Origin: Felis catus
Lineage: Eukaryota
DNA: 64,000 nt
Assembly (NCBI RefSeq): GCF_018350175.1
Contig: NC_058369.1
Coordinates: 21,330,001 to 21,394,000, forward strand
Direction of reading: 5' to 3'
Below are positions 1-11,963 of the stretch, piece by piece; position 1 is the first letter of the stretch; the number at the start of each line of letters is the position of its first letter. A program made the translations under genes and the position numbers. A model generated the notes under the pieces. That model saw only the letters and a list, made by a program, of their open reading frames with translations, searched no databases and was not told the origin of the DNA.

Positions 1-233
1 ATGACAACATCCCTCATGACCTTGTAACATGAGACCACTTAATCAGACTACATGTTTGTGTGTTACCATATATGGGAGGCAAAGAAGTAAAAAATATATA
101 AAAAAGTATGCCAGGTGGCATTCAGGGCTCAGTTCTTTGGGTACGAACCCAACTGAGCAGTACCAACAGGAATAAAGTTGCTTCCTGGAAAGAAAAGCCT
201 CAGTGTCATGACTCTGCGTGAGAATCCTGCTAC
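1..233 (+). mobile_element. Probable ERV LTR 3' part
   Basis: TATA-like TATATAAAA, then AATAAA, terminal ...CTACA abutting L1 sequence. Confidence 0.45.
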
Positions 234-1545
234 AAGAGAACCTAGAAATGGACCCACAAACATATGGCCAACTAAATCTTTGACAAAGCAGGAAAGAATA
301 TCCAATGGAATAAAGACAGTCTCTTCAGCAAATGGTGCTGGGAAAACTGGACAGTGACATGCAGAAAAATGAACTTGGACCACTTTCTTACACCACGAGA
401 AAAATAAACTCCAAATGGATGAAAGACCTAAATGTAAGACAGGAAGACATCAAAATCCTCAAGGAGAAAGCAGGCAAAAACCTCCTTGACCTCAACTACA
501 GCAACTTCTTACTCAACACGTCTCTGGAGGCAAGGGAAACAAAAGCAAAAATGACCTATTGGGACCTCATCAAGATAACAAGCTTCTGCACAGTGAAGGA
601 AACAATCGGCAAAATTAAAAGGCAACTGATGGAATGGGAGAAGATATTTGCAAAGGACATATCAGATAAAGGATTAGTATCCAAAATCTATAAAGAACTT
701 ATCAAACTCAACACCCAAATAACAAATAATCCAGGGAAGAAATGGGCAAAAGACATGAATAGACACTTCTCCAGAGAAGACGTCCAGATGGCCAACTAAC
801 ACATGAAAAAATGCTCAACATCACTCATCATCAGGGAAATACAAATCAAAATCACAATGAGATACCACCTCACACCTGTCAGAATGGTTAACATTAACAA
901 CTCAGGCAACAACAGATGTTGGCGAGGATGCGGAGAAAGAGGATCTCTTTTGCACTGCTGGTGGGAATGCAAACTGGTGCAGCCACTCTGGAAAACAGTA
1001 TGGAGGTTCCTCAAAAAATTAAAACTAGAACTACCCTATGACCCAGCAATTGCATTACTACGTATTCATCCAGGGGGACACATGCAACCAATGTTTATAG
1101 CAGCACTATCAACAATAGCCAAAGTATGAAAAGAGCCCAAATGTCCATCAATGGATGAATGGATAAAGAAGATGTGGTATATACATACACAATGGAGTAT
1201 TACTCGGCAATCAAAAAGAATGAAATCTTGCCATTTGCAACTACATGGATGGAACTGGAGGGTATTATGCTAAGTGAAATTAGAGAAAGACAAAAGTCAT
1301 ATGACATCACTCATATGAGGACTTTAAGAGACAAAACAGATGAACATAAGGGAAGGGAAACAAAACTAATATAAAAACAGGGAGGGGAACAAAGCATAAG
1401 AGACTCACAAATATGGAGAACAAACAGAGGGTTACTGGAGGGTGTGTGGGAGGGGGGATGGGCTAAATGGGTAAGGGGCACTAAGGAATCTACTCCTGAA
1501 ATCATTGTTGCACTATATGCTAACTAATTTGGATGTAAATTAAAA
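234..1545 (+). mobile_element. Carnivore L1, ORF2 3' part and 3' UTR (degenerate)
   Basis: L1 ORF2 C-terminal peptides ([47 protein letters not shown]). Confidence 0.92.
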
Positions 1546-1556
1546 ATACATATATA

Positions 1557-1763
1557 GGGGCGCCTGGGTGGCGCAGTCGGTTAAGCGTCCGACTTCAGCC
1601 AGGTCACGATCTCGCGGTCCGTGAGTTCGAGCCCCGCGTCGGGCTCTGGGCTGATGGCTCAGAGCCTGGAGCCTGTTTCCGATTCTGTGTCTCCCTCTCT
1701 CTCTGCCCCTCCCCTGTTCACACTCTGTCTCTCTCTGTCCCAAAAATAAATAAATGTTGACAA
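1557..1763 (+). mobile_element. Can-SINE (young felid type) with TSD AAAAATACATATATA
   Basis: GGGGCGCCTGGGTGGCGCAGTCGGTTAAGCGTCCGACTTC head, CT tract, A tail; TSD at 1542-1556 and 1764-1778. Confidence 0.95.
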
Positions 1764-1785
1764 AAAAATACATATATAAAAAAAT

Positions 1786-2150
1786 AAAAAAAGAATGAAA
1801 TCTTGCCATTTGCAGCTACGTGGATGGAACCAGAGGGTATTATGCCAAGTGAAATTAGTCAGTCAGAGAAAGACAAGTATCATATAACTTCACTCATATG
1901 AGGAATTTAAGGTACGAACAGATGAAAACAAGGGAAGAGAAGCAAAAATAATATAAAAACAGGGAGGGGGACAAAACATAAGAGACTCTTAAATATAGAG
2001 AACAGAGGGTTGCTGGAGCGGTTGTGGGAGGGGGGATGGGCTAAATGGGTAAGGGGCATTAAGGAATCTACTCCTGAAATCATGGTTGCACTATATGCTA
2101 ACTTGGATATAAATTTAAACAAACAAATAAATAATAAAATACGTCTAAAA
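1786..2150 (+). mobile_element. Second L1 3' end in tandem with the first
   Basis: Diverged repeat of 1213-1545 (AAGAATGAAATCTTGCCATTTGCA...GCACTATATGCTAAC). Confidence 0.88.
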
Positions 2151-2556
2151 AAAAGGAAATAATGGCTGAAAACTTCCAAATGTATTGAAAAACACTGATC
2201 TACACATCCAGGAATCTCCATGAACTCCAAGCAGGATCAACTCAAAGAGATCTACACACAGACACATTAAAGCAAAAGTGCTAAAAGCCAAAGACAAGGA
2301 AACAATCATGAAAGTGGCAAGAGGAAAACTGTATCACTTATAAAGGAACTGAAATAACATTAACAGCTAACATAAACAACAGAGACCAAGGGGCAGTGGA
2401 ATACTATATTCAAAGTGTTCAAAGAAAAACAACTGTCAAGCAAGAAGAATCCCATAGCCAGTAAAGCTGTCTTTCAAAAATAAAAGGTGAAGTAAAGACA
2501 TTCCCTGGTGAAGAATTTGTGGCTAGCAGACCACTTTACAAGAACTACTAAAGGCA

Positions 2557-2770
2557 GGGTTGCCTGGGTGGCTCACTTGGTTAGGCATCCAACTTCAGCT
2601 CAGTCATGATCTCATGGTTCATGGGTTCAAGCCCTGTGTCAGGCTCTGGCTGAAAGGTCGGAGCCTGGAGCCTGCTTCGGATTCTGTGTCTCCCTCTCTC
2701 TCTGCCCCGCCCCCTCTTGCTCTGTCTCTGTCTCTCAAAAATGAATAAACATTAAAAAACTTAAAAAAAC
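2557..2770 (+). mobile_element. Can-SINE
   Basis: tRNA-like head, CT tract, A tail. Confidence 0.9.
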
Positions 2771-2955
2771 TTATATATATATATGTTATATATATGTTAT
2801 ATTATATATATGTTATATATAATATGTTATGTAATATTATATATATAACATATATATAATATGTTATATAATATTATATGTTATATATAATATGTTATAT
2901 ATATATAATATATATATATATAATATATATATATATAAAATATAACATATATATG
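2771..2955. repeat. Degenerate (TA)n / TATATGT simple repeat
   Basis: Seen directly. Confidence 0.9.
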
Positions 2956-3226
2956 TGAACTTCTGAGATTTGGCAGGTAGGTGTGGAGATCTACTCATCC
3001 TGTGGCTGCCCAAGACAAGCCTCATATGTAAGTTCCCTTCCTTATTAAAACTGCCACCTACCAATGTGGAGTGTTTGCCTCTTCCTTCCCCCTCTCTCTG
3101 CCCTCCTCCTACCAGGGGCCAATTTCAGATGACACCTCAGAGTAATTATGAAAATAAAACCCAATATATATGCATATTGTTTTTCCTTTCTTCTTGGAAG
3201 TGATTTTAAAATAATTATACAATACA

Positions 3227-3438
3227 GGGTGCCTGGTTGGCTCAGTCGGTTAAGCGTCAGACTTTGGCTCAGGTCATGATCTTGCAGTTTGGGAGTTCTA
3301 GCCCAGCATCAGGCTCTATGCTGACAACTCAGAGCCTGAAACGTGCTTTGGATTCTGTGTGTGTCTCTCTCTCTGCCCCTCCTCCACTAACACTCTGTGT
3401 TTCTCTCAAAAATAAGAAAACTAAAAATTTTTAAAAAA
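3227..3438 (+). mobile_element. Can-SINE
   Basis: Head, CT tract and tail. Confidence 0.9.
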
Positions 3439-4412
3439 GTAATTACACAATATGTATGAAAGCGGGCAGAGGAGAAAGCACCAGGACTTCTTCTCCTCAC
3501 ATGGACAAAAACTTCCCTGACAAAATGCCTGATGTAACTATATTGGACCTCTGCAGTCTATTAAAGACTTGTAACTTCCAGGGGAAGGCTGGTAAATTGT
3601 GGTTAATTTCAGTCAATTTCAGTTCCGAGCACCCCCCAAGCCTGGTAGCAGGTAGCTGGGTGGGCAGATGTTCCTGGAGCAGTCTGCACACAGCTTGTGG
3701 AGCCAGGGTAGGCAATAAGAACTTGTCCTCCAAGTCCTGGGGGTCTGTGTACTGACAGATGATTGCTTCTTCTGCTCACACAGTTGCAAACACAGAAGCA
3801 GGCAACCATTGTTGCAGCCCTCAGTGACAGTTACAAACCCCTCCCCCTCCAGCTGATGCAACTTTCAGGGGATTTGAAGAGACAGATATATATGTATAGT
3901 GGGAGTCCCAGAAGGGGAAGAAAGAGAAAGAGAGATTTGAAGAAATAATAGCCAAGATGTATGAAGTTTTAACAAAGACATGAATATAAACATCCGAAAG
4001 TTCAATAACTCTAGGATGAAACAAACAGTTCTTACCCAGACACATTATAATCAAACTGTTGAAAGCTGAAGAGAAAGAGAGAATCTTGAAAGCAGCAATA
4101 AAGGAGCAACCTATCACATACAAGGGATCTCCAATATGATATCAGATTTCTCATCAGAAGCTTTGGAGGGCAGAAGACAGTAGTGCAGTATTTTCAAAGT
4201 GAAACAACAACACAACACAAAAACCCAACTGTCAACCAAGAATCTTTTATCTGGCAAAAATGTCCTTTAAATGTGAGGGAGAAAAAAACAGTGCCATTTG
4301 CAACATCAATGAAACTTGAAGGCATTATTCTAAGTGAAATAAGTCAAACAGAGAAATACAAAAATTGTATGATCTCACTTACATGCAGAATCTTAAAAAA
4401 ATGAACTCTCTA

Positions 4413-4627
4413 GGGGCTCCTGGGTGGCTCCACTGAGTGTCCGACTTCAGCTCAGGTCATGATCTCATAGTTTCTGAGTTCAAGCCCCGCACCAGGCTCT
4501 GTGTTGACAGCTCCGAGAATGGAGCCTGCTTCAGATTCCGTGTCTCCCCTTCTCTCTGCCCCTCTCCCGCTCACACTCTGTCTCTCTGTCTCTCTCAAAA
4601 ATAAACGCTAAAAAAAAATTTTTTTTA
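4413..4627 (+). mobile_element. Can-SINE
   Basis: Head, CT tract and tail; TSD AATGAACTCTCT. Confidence 0.9.
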
Positions 4628-5738
4628 ATGAACTCTCTCTCTCTCAAATAAACAACAAAAAAATTAAGAATACCAATTACTCACTAAGTCTTTCAAAAAA
4701 CAGAAGGTGAGGGAACACTCCCCAACTCATTCTATGAAGCCATTATTACCCCGATAACACAACCAAAGACATCACAGAAAACTAAAGACCAATATCTGGT
4801 AAGAATATGACAAAAGAATCTTCAACAAAATACTAGAAACATGACTCCAGTAACATAGAAGTAGTAGTATGACCAAATGAGGTTTATCTCAGGAATGCAA
4901 GGATGGTTTAACATCCCCAAATCAATAATGTTACACACCCTATCAACAGAATTAAAGCATCTGACAAACCTAATACCTTTTCATGGTTAAAAAAAAAAAA
5001 AGAAAACACTCAACAAACCAGGAAAAGAAAGAACCTTCTTCAAGCTGATAAGTGGTATCTATAAAAACACACAGTCAACTAATGGTGAAAGACTGGATGC
5101 TTTCCCTCCTAGATCAGAAACAAGTCAAGGACCTCCACTTGTACCACTTCTACTCAATACTGTACTGGAGGTTTTAGCCAGGGCAATGAGGCAAGAAAAA
5201 GAAGTAAAAGACATCCAGACTATAAAGTAAAACTAACTCTATTCACAGATGATGTGATATTATATAGAGAAGATTCCAAGGAGTGCACAAAAAAAAAAAA
5301 AAAAAAAAAAAAAGAGTATTAAACCCAATAAACAAGTTAAGCAAGGTTGCAGGACACAAGGTCAAGATTTCCAAAATCAAATTTATTTCTGTGCATTTGC
5401 AGTAAACAATCCCAAATAAATATAAGAAAATTCCATTAAGGTCAAAAAGAATAAAATACTCAGGAATAAATTTAACGAGAGGTATAAAACTTACACTCTG
5501 AAAACTATAAAACATTGTTTAAAGAAATTTAGATCTAAAATTTAATAAACATAAAATCACCTCATGTTTATGAACTGGAAGTCTTAACTCTGTTAAGATG
5601 GTAATACTCTATATTAACTAATCTGCAGGTTCAATGCAATCCCTATAAGAATCCCAGCTGGCTTCTTTGAAGAAATTGACAAGCAAATTCTAACATTCAT
5701 AGAATTATAAGGGACCCAGAATAGCCAGAACAATTTTG

Positions 5739-6720
5739 TTTTTTGTTTTTTTCAATATATGAAATTTATTGTCAAATTGGTTTCCATACAACACCCAGTG
5801 CTCATCCCAGAAGATGCCCTCCTCAATACCCATCACCCACCTCCCCTCCCTCCCACCCCCCATCAACCCTCAGTTTGTTCTCAGTTTCTTTTTTTTTTTA
5901 TTATTTTTTATTATTTTATTTTTTTTAATTTTTTTTCAATGTTTTTATTTATTTTTGGGACAGAGAGAGACAGAGCATGAACGGGGGAGGGGCAGAGAGA
6001 GAGGGAGACACAGAATCGGAAACAGGCTCCAGGCTCTGAGCCATCAGCCCAGAGCCTGATGCGGGGCTCGAACTCACGGACCGTGAGATCGTGACCTGGC
6101 TGAAGTCGGACGCTTAACTGACTGCACCACCCAGGTGCCCCTGTTCTCAGTTTCTAAGAGTCTCTTATGCTTTGGCTCTCTCCCACTCTAACCTCTTTTT
6201 TTTTTCCTTCCCCTCCCCCATGGGTTTCTGTTAAGTTTCTCAGGATCCACATAAGAGTGAACACATATGGTGTCTGTCTTTCTCTGTATGTCTTATTTCC
6301 CTTAGCATAACACTCTCCAGTTCCATCCACGTTGCTACAAAGGGCCATATTTCATTCTTTCTCATTGCCACGTAGTACGCCACTGTGTATATAAACCACA
6401 ATTTCTTTATCCATTCATCAGTTGATGGACATTTAGGCTCTTTCCATAATTTGGCTATTGTTGAGAGTGCTGCTATAAACATTGGGGTACAAGTGCCCCT
6501 TTGCATCAGTACTCCTGTATCCCTTGGGTAAATTCCTAGCAGTGCTATTGCTGGGTCATAGGGTAGGTCTATTTTTAATTTTTTGAGAAACCTCCACACT
6601 GTTTTCCAGAGTGGCTGTACCAGTTTGCATTCCCACCAACAGTGCAGGAGGGTTCCCGTTTCTCCACATCCTCTCTAGCATCTATAGTCTCCTGATTTGT
6701 TCATTTTGGCCACTCTGACT
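5739..6720 (-). mobile_element. Young 5'-truncated felid L1 with 17-bp TSD
   Basis: TSD TAGCCAGAACAATTTTG at 5722-5738 and 6721-6737; ORF2 C-terminal ORF 6240-6599. Confidence 0.93.
5890..6141 (-). mobile_element. Can-SINE nested in the L1 3' UTR
   Basis: TSD TGTTCTCAGTTTCT at 5876-5889 and 6142-6155. Confidence 0.95.
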
Positions 6721-7155
6721 TAGCCAGAACAATTTTGAAAAATAATCAAGTTGGAGGATTCATCTATCTTGATTTCAAAACTTACTACAAATCAACAGTT
6801 AACAAGACTGTATGGTACTGGCATAAGGACAGACACAGATTAAAGGAGCAGAATTGAGAGTCTAAAAATAAGCCCAAGTGTATATGGTCAACTTGTTTCT
6901 TTTTTGACCAGGGGGCAGAACAGTCTTTCCAAGAAATGGAGGTCAGACAACAAGATAGCCACATACATAAGAATGAAGATGGACCTTTACTGCATACAAT
7001 ATACAAAAATTAACTCAAAATACATCAAAGACCTAAATACACAGATGAAAACTATAAACCTTTTAGAAGAAAACCTAGAGGTAAACCTACATGATCTTAG
7101 ATTTGGCAAAGGATTCTTTGATGACACCAAAAACACAAGTAGCAACAGAAAAATA

Positions 7156-7375
7156 GGGGTGCCTGGGTGGCTCAGTCGGCTGAGTATCCAGCTTCAGCTC
7201 AGGTCATGATCTCGCGGTTTGTGAGTTTGAGCCCCACATTGGGCTCTGTGCTGACAGCTCAGAGCCCGGAGCCTGCTTCAGATTCTGTGTCTCCCTCTCT
7301 CTCTGCCCCTTCCCTGTTCACGTACTGTCTCTCTCCATCTCTCAAAAATAAATAAACATTAAGAAATAAAAATAA
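7156..7375 (+). mobile_element. Can-SINE
   Basis: Head, CT tract and tail. Confidence 0.9.
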
Positions 7376-7840
7376 TAAAAATAAATTGGACTTCGTCAAA
7401 AATGAAAATTTTTGTGCTTCAAAGAACACCATCAAGAAAGTAAAAAGACATTCTCCCATTCCCACAGAATGGGAAAAATATACACAGATCATGTATTTGA
7501 TAATATGACTTGTATCTAGAATATATAGAAAATTCCTATAACTCATTAATTAAAACACAAATAACTCAATTTAAAAATAGGCAAAGAACCTAAGTAGACA
7601 TACCTCCAAAGAAAATATACAAATGCAAAGTAATATATGAAAAGATGCTCAACATCAGTTGCAATCTGGGAAATGCAAAACCAAACCACAATAAATACTA
7701 CTTCACACCTGCTAGGATGGCTATAAACCAAAGGTCAGATAATAACAAGTGTTGACTAAGATGGGGAGAAATCAGAACCCTCTTACACTGGTGGTAGAAA
7801 TATAAAATGATGCAGTTGCTTTAGAAAGCAGTCTGGAATT

Positions 7841-8049
7841 GGGGCACGTGGGTGGCTCAGTTAAGCATTCGACTTCAGCTCAGGTCATGATCTCACGGTC
7901 CATGTGTTCGAGCCCCGCATCAGGCTTTGTGCTGACAGCTCAGAGCCTGGAGCCTGCTTCGAATTCTGTGTCTCTGTCTTTCTCCGCCCCTCCCCTGCTC
8001 ATGCTCTCTCTCTCTCAAAAATAAATAAGCATTAAAAACAAACAAAAAA
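7841..8049 (+). mobile_element. Can-SINE
   Basis: Head, CT tract and tail; TSD CAGTCTGGAA. Confidence 0.9.
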
Positions 8050-8579
8050 CACAGTCTGGAAGTTCCTCAAACATTTAAATGAAGAGTTACCATGTGACCC
8101 AGCAATTCCACTCCTAATCATACATCCAAGGGAACTGAATCCACACTGAAGCCTGCACACCAGTGTTTATATCAGATTTAGTCACAATAGGCAAAAGGTG
8201 GAAACAATCCAAATGTCCAACAACTTAAAAAAAAAATTAAACAAAATGTGGCATATCCACACAACAAAACACTATTCAGTTGGAATGAGGTACTGATAAA
8301 TGTTCCTGTACACATGAACCTTGAAGACATTATGCTAAGTGAAAAAAGTCACAAAAAACTATATATTTTATATGATTCTATTAAATGAAATGTCCAGAAA
8401 GGCAAATCTATACAGAGAGAAGGCAGATTTAGGGGTTCCTTAGGATTGGAAGGAAGAGAAAATAGAGGGTCAATAGCTAAAAGCACAAGGTTTCTTTTTA
8501 AGGAGACAAAAATATTTAAAATTGACTGTAGTGATATATGTATTTGTGAATATATTAAAAACCACTGAAGTGCACATTG

Positions 8580-8789
8580 AAAAAAATTTTTAACATTTAC
8601 TTATTTTTGACAGAGAGAGAGAGAGAGAATGAAAGCAGGGAAGGGGCAGGGAGAGAGGGGGACAGAGGATCTGAAGCAGGCTCTGCACTGACAGCAGAGA
8701 GCCCAGTGTGGGGCTCAAACTCATGAACTGTGCGATCACAACCTGAGCCAAAGTCTGACGCTTAACCAACTGAGCTACCCAGGTGCCCC
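8580..8789 (-). mobile_element. Can-SINE
   Basis: Reverse-complement head, GA tract and T tail. Confidence 0.9.
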
Positions 8790-9593
8790 TGAAGTATATA
8801 CTTTAGTGGGTGAATTGCATGTATGTGAATTATATCTTAATAAAGCTATTAAAAAAGGTAATCCTTTATTTAATCACAATTGAGTTGAATCAACTGAATC
8901 CTAGAACAGAATGATTTTTTTTCTTTTGCCATAAAGGATATCAGTGTGACAACTCATGACATTTAAATAACGTCTGTAGATTAGATAATGGTATTATATC
9001 AGTGTTAATTTTCTGAATCTGATCACTGTGCTGTGGTTATATAAGGACATATTCTTGTTCCTAGGAAATAAAATGAAGAATTCAGGGGTGGAGGGACATC
9101 ATGTCCACAACATTCTCACAAATGGACAGAAAAATAATTATACATACGGAGAAAAAGAATAATGAAGCAAAAGTGGTAGAATAGTAATATTAGGGAATAT
9201 ATATGAGTATTCAGGAATTCTTTATACTATTTTTGCAACTGTTAGTCTAAAATTATTTTAAAATAAAAATTTAAAACAACACAACAAAGTCATCTAGTAT
9301 TAAATTGCTGAAGAAGTGACATTCAGTGGCTGTCCAGAGCAATGGCCCAGTTTGTTCATAACCCTGCAGACAAGGCTCCAGTGCTGCTGTGACTTACTCG
9401 AAGCACTGATTGGCCACATTTTGGCACTATGCTGAGGTTAAGCTAGTTCCTCCCACCAGTCTTTGCTGAGATCCCTACTGCTATTCAGAGCTTGAAAAAA
9501 GTCAAGAGTGCTAAACTGACAGCTTCCAACAGCTCACAGTCAAGGAAGCTCTGCTGAATAGACTAGAGTGGTAGCCACTGAGGTGTGGATGTG

Positions 9594-11196
9594 TTGCGTT
9601 GTTTTTAATTTATTTAAATCCAGTTAGTTAACATATAGGGTAATAATGATTTCAGGAATAGAATTTAGTGATTCATCGCATATAACACTCAGTGCTCATC
9701 CCAACAAGTGCCCTCTTAATGCCCATCACCCATTTAGCCCATCCCCCGCAATACCCCACCAGCAACCCTTACTTTGTTCTCTATATTTGAGTCTTTTATG
9801 GTATGCCTCCCTCTCTGTTTTTATATTATTTATGCTTTCCTTCCCCTATGTTCATCTGTTTTGTTTCTTAAATTCCACATGAGTGAAATGATATATTCCT
9901 TTCTCTGACTTACTTTGTTTAGCATAATACACTTTAGTTCCATCCACATTGTTGCAAATGGCAAGATTTCATTCTTTTTGATCACCAAGTAATATTCCAT
10001 TGTATATACCACATCTTCTTTATCCATTCATCAGTCGGCGGACATTTGGGCTCTTTCCATACTTTGGCTATTGTCGATAGCACTGCTATAAATATTGGGG
10101 TGCGTGTGCCCCTCTGAATCAGCATTTTGTATTCTTTGGATAAACACCTAGCAGTGCAATTGCTGAGTTTAGGGTTGTTCTATTTTTAATTTTTTGAGGA
10201 ACGTCCATACTGTTTTCCAGAGTGGTTGTACCACTCTGCATTCCCACCAGCAGTGCCAAAGGGTTCCTCTTTCTCCACATCCTCACCAATATCTTCACCA
10301 ATATCTTGTTGTCTGAGTTGTTAATGTTAGCCACTCTGACCAGTGTGAGGTGGTATCTCATTGTGGTTTTGATTTGTATCTCCCTGATGATGAATGATAT
10401 TGAGCATCTTTTCACGTGTCTGTTAGCCATCTGGATGTCTTCTTTGGAAAAAAGTCTATTTGTGTCTTTTGTTCATTTCTTCACTGGATTATCTTGTTCT
10501 TGGATGTTGAGTTTAAGATTTTGGATACTAACCCTTTATTTGATATGTCATTTACAAATATCTTCTCCCATTCTGGTGGGTGCCTTTTAGTTTTGCCAAT
10601 TGTTTCCTTCGCTGTGCAGCTTTTTATCTTGATAAGGTCCCAATAGTTCATTTTTGCTTGTGTTTCCCTTGCCTCCAGGGACATGTCAAGTAAGAAGCTG
10701 CTACAGCCAAGGTCAAAGAAGTTGTTGCCTGTTTTCTCCTCTAGGAATTTGATAGCTTCCTGTCTTACGTTTAGGTCTTTCATCCATTTTCAGTTTATTT
10801 TTGTGTATGGTGTAAGAACATGGTCCAGGTTCATTCTTCTGCTAAGTCATTGTCCAGTTTTCCCAACACCATTTGCTAAAGAGACTGTCTTTTTTCCACT
10901 GGATATTCTTTACTGCTTTGTCCAAGATTAGTTGGCCATACAATCGTGGGTCCATTTCTGGGTTCTCTATTCTGTTCCCATTGACCTGTGTGTCTGTTTT
11001 TGTGCCAGTACCATACTGTCTTGATGATTACAGCTTTGCAATACGGCTTGAAGTCCGGAATTGTGATGCCTCCAGCTTTGGTTTTCCTTTTCAACATTAC
11101 ATTGGCTATTCAGAGTCTTTCCTGGTTCCATGAAAATTTTAGAATTGTTTGTTCTAGCTCTGTGAAGAATGCTGGTGTTATTTTGATAGGGATTGT
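9594..11196 (-). mobile_element. 5'-truncated carnivore L1 inserted in the ATP5MG retrocopy
   Basis: ORF2 peptides on the minus strand; TSD GGTGTGGATGTG at 9582-9593 and 11197-11208. Confidence 0.93.
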
Positions 11197-11274
11197 GGTG
11201 TGGATGTGGCTTTATGTCAATGAGATCATAGGTAAGCATGGCATCGTTGGCTATAATGTTTGAAGACCAATCTT

Positions 11275-11493
11275 AAAAATTTTTTTTTTTTGACGTTTAT
11301 TTATTTTTGAGACAGAGAGAGACAGAGCATGAACGGGGGAGGGTCAGAGAGAGAGAGACACAGAATCCGAAACAGGCTCCAGGCTCTGAGCTGTCAGCAC
11401 AGAGCCCAACGCGGGGCTCGAACTCACGGACCACGAGATCATGACCTGAGCCGAAGTCGGCTGCCCAACCGACTGAGCCACCCAGGCGCCCCA
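11275..11493 (-). mobile_element. Can-SINE inserted at the retrocopy stop codon
   Basis: TSD TGAAGACCAATCTT at 11261-11274 and 11494-11507. Confidence 0.95.
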
Positions 11494-11756
11494 TGAAGAC
11501 CAATCTTTAACATCTGTTTATATTTGGTTTATTATTTGAGTGTTCTTGGACCATGTGTGTTCAGACTAGTGTCTGGATAAAATAAGATAATCCATCAAAA
11601 ACAATATAAATAGGAGAAGCAACTGTATTTCTAGGAATTTAAGGCTTTATTGTCATTGCTATTATTATCACCAAACAACTAGAAATACAAATATTTAAAA
11701 ATAAAGCTAGTCAAAAGAAGGTTTGTTCAGGCACTTCTACTACTCTGAAAATTTTC

Positions 11757-11963
11757 TGTTTTTTAATTTTTTTAACATTTATTTATTTCTGAAAGACAGA
11801 GCATGTGTAGGGGAGGGGCAGAGAGGGAGACACAGAATCTGAAGCAGGCTCCAGGCTCCAAGCTGTCAGCACAGAGCCCAACACGGGGCTTGAACTCGTG
11901 GACAGCGAGATCATGACCTGAGCCGAAGTCGGACGCTTAACCAACTAAGCCACCCAGGCGCCT
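11757..11963 (-). mobile_element. Can-SINE
   Basis: TSD CTACTCTGAAA. Confidence 0.9.

Larger units (their letters stand above)
4670..8840 (+). mobile_element. Old fragmented L1 (L1MB-like ORF2 and 3' UTR) hosting younger insertions
   Basis: Decayed ORF2 similarity throughout, ending ...TATATCTTAATAAAGCT. Confidence 0.75.
9316..11610 (+). pseudogene. ATP5MG: Processed pseudogene of ATP synthase membrane subunit g (ATP5MG/ATP5L), interrupted by an L1 and a SINE
   Basis: ATG at 9342: MAQFVHNPADKAP..AAVTYSKH*LATFWHYAEVKLVPPT..AEIPTAIQSLKK..SFQQLTVKEALLN..VATEVWM (to 9593), resuming at 11197 with VWMWLYVNEIIGKHGIVGYNV* (stop 11261-11263). Intronless, with frameshifts and an internal stop. A 3' UTR-like sequence continues after the SINE to an A-rich end near 11600. 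Confidence 0.9.

Noticed and set aside
332..1374. ORFs with reverse-transcriptase-element similarity (also 6240-6599, 10119-11097, 22601-23209)
   Set aside because: Broken L1 ORF2 C-terminal fragments; no intact RT or endonuclease, so not genes.
1557..1640. tRNA-like A/B-box sequences
   Set aside because: These are SINE heads followed by CT tracts and poly(A), not tRNA genes.
1540..1809. Recurring short ORF family such as '[19 protein letters not shown]' and '[13 protein letters not shown]'
   Set aside because: Translations of Can-SINE copies, not a protein family.
2771..2955. Periodic arrays as possible CRISPR-like structure (also 30555-30935)
   Set aside because: Low-complexity simple repeats without unique spacers, in mammalian DNA.
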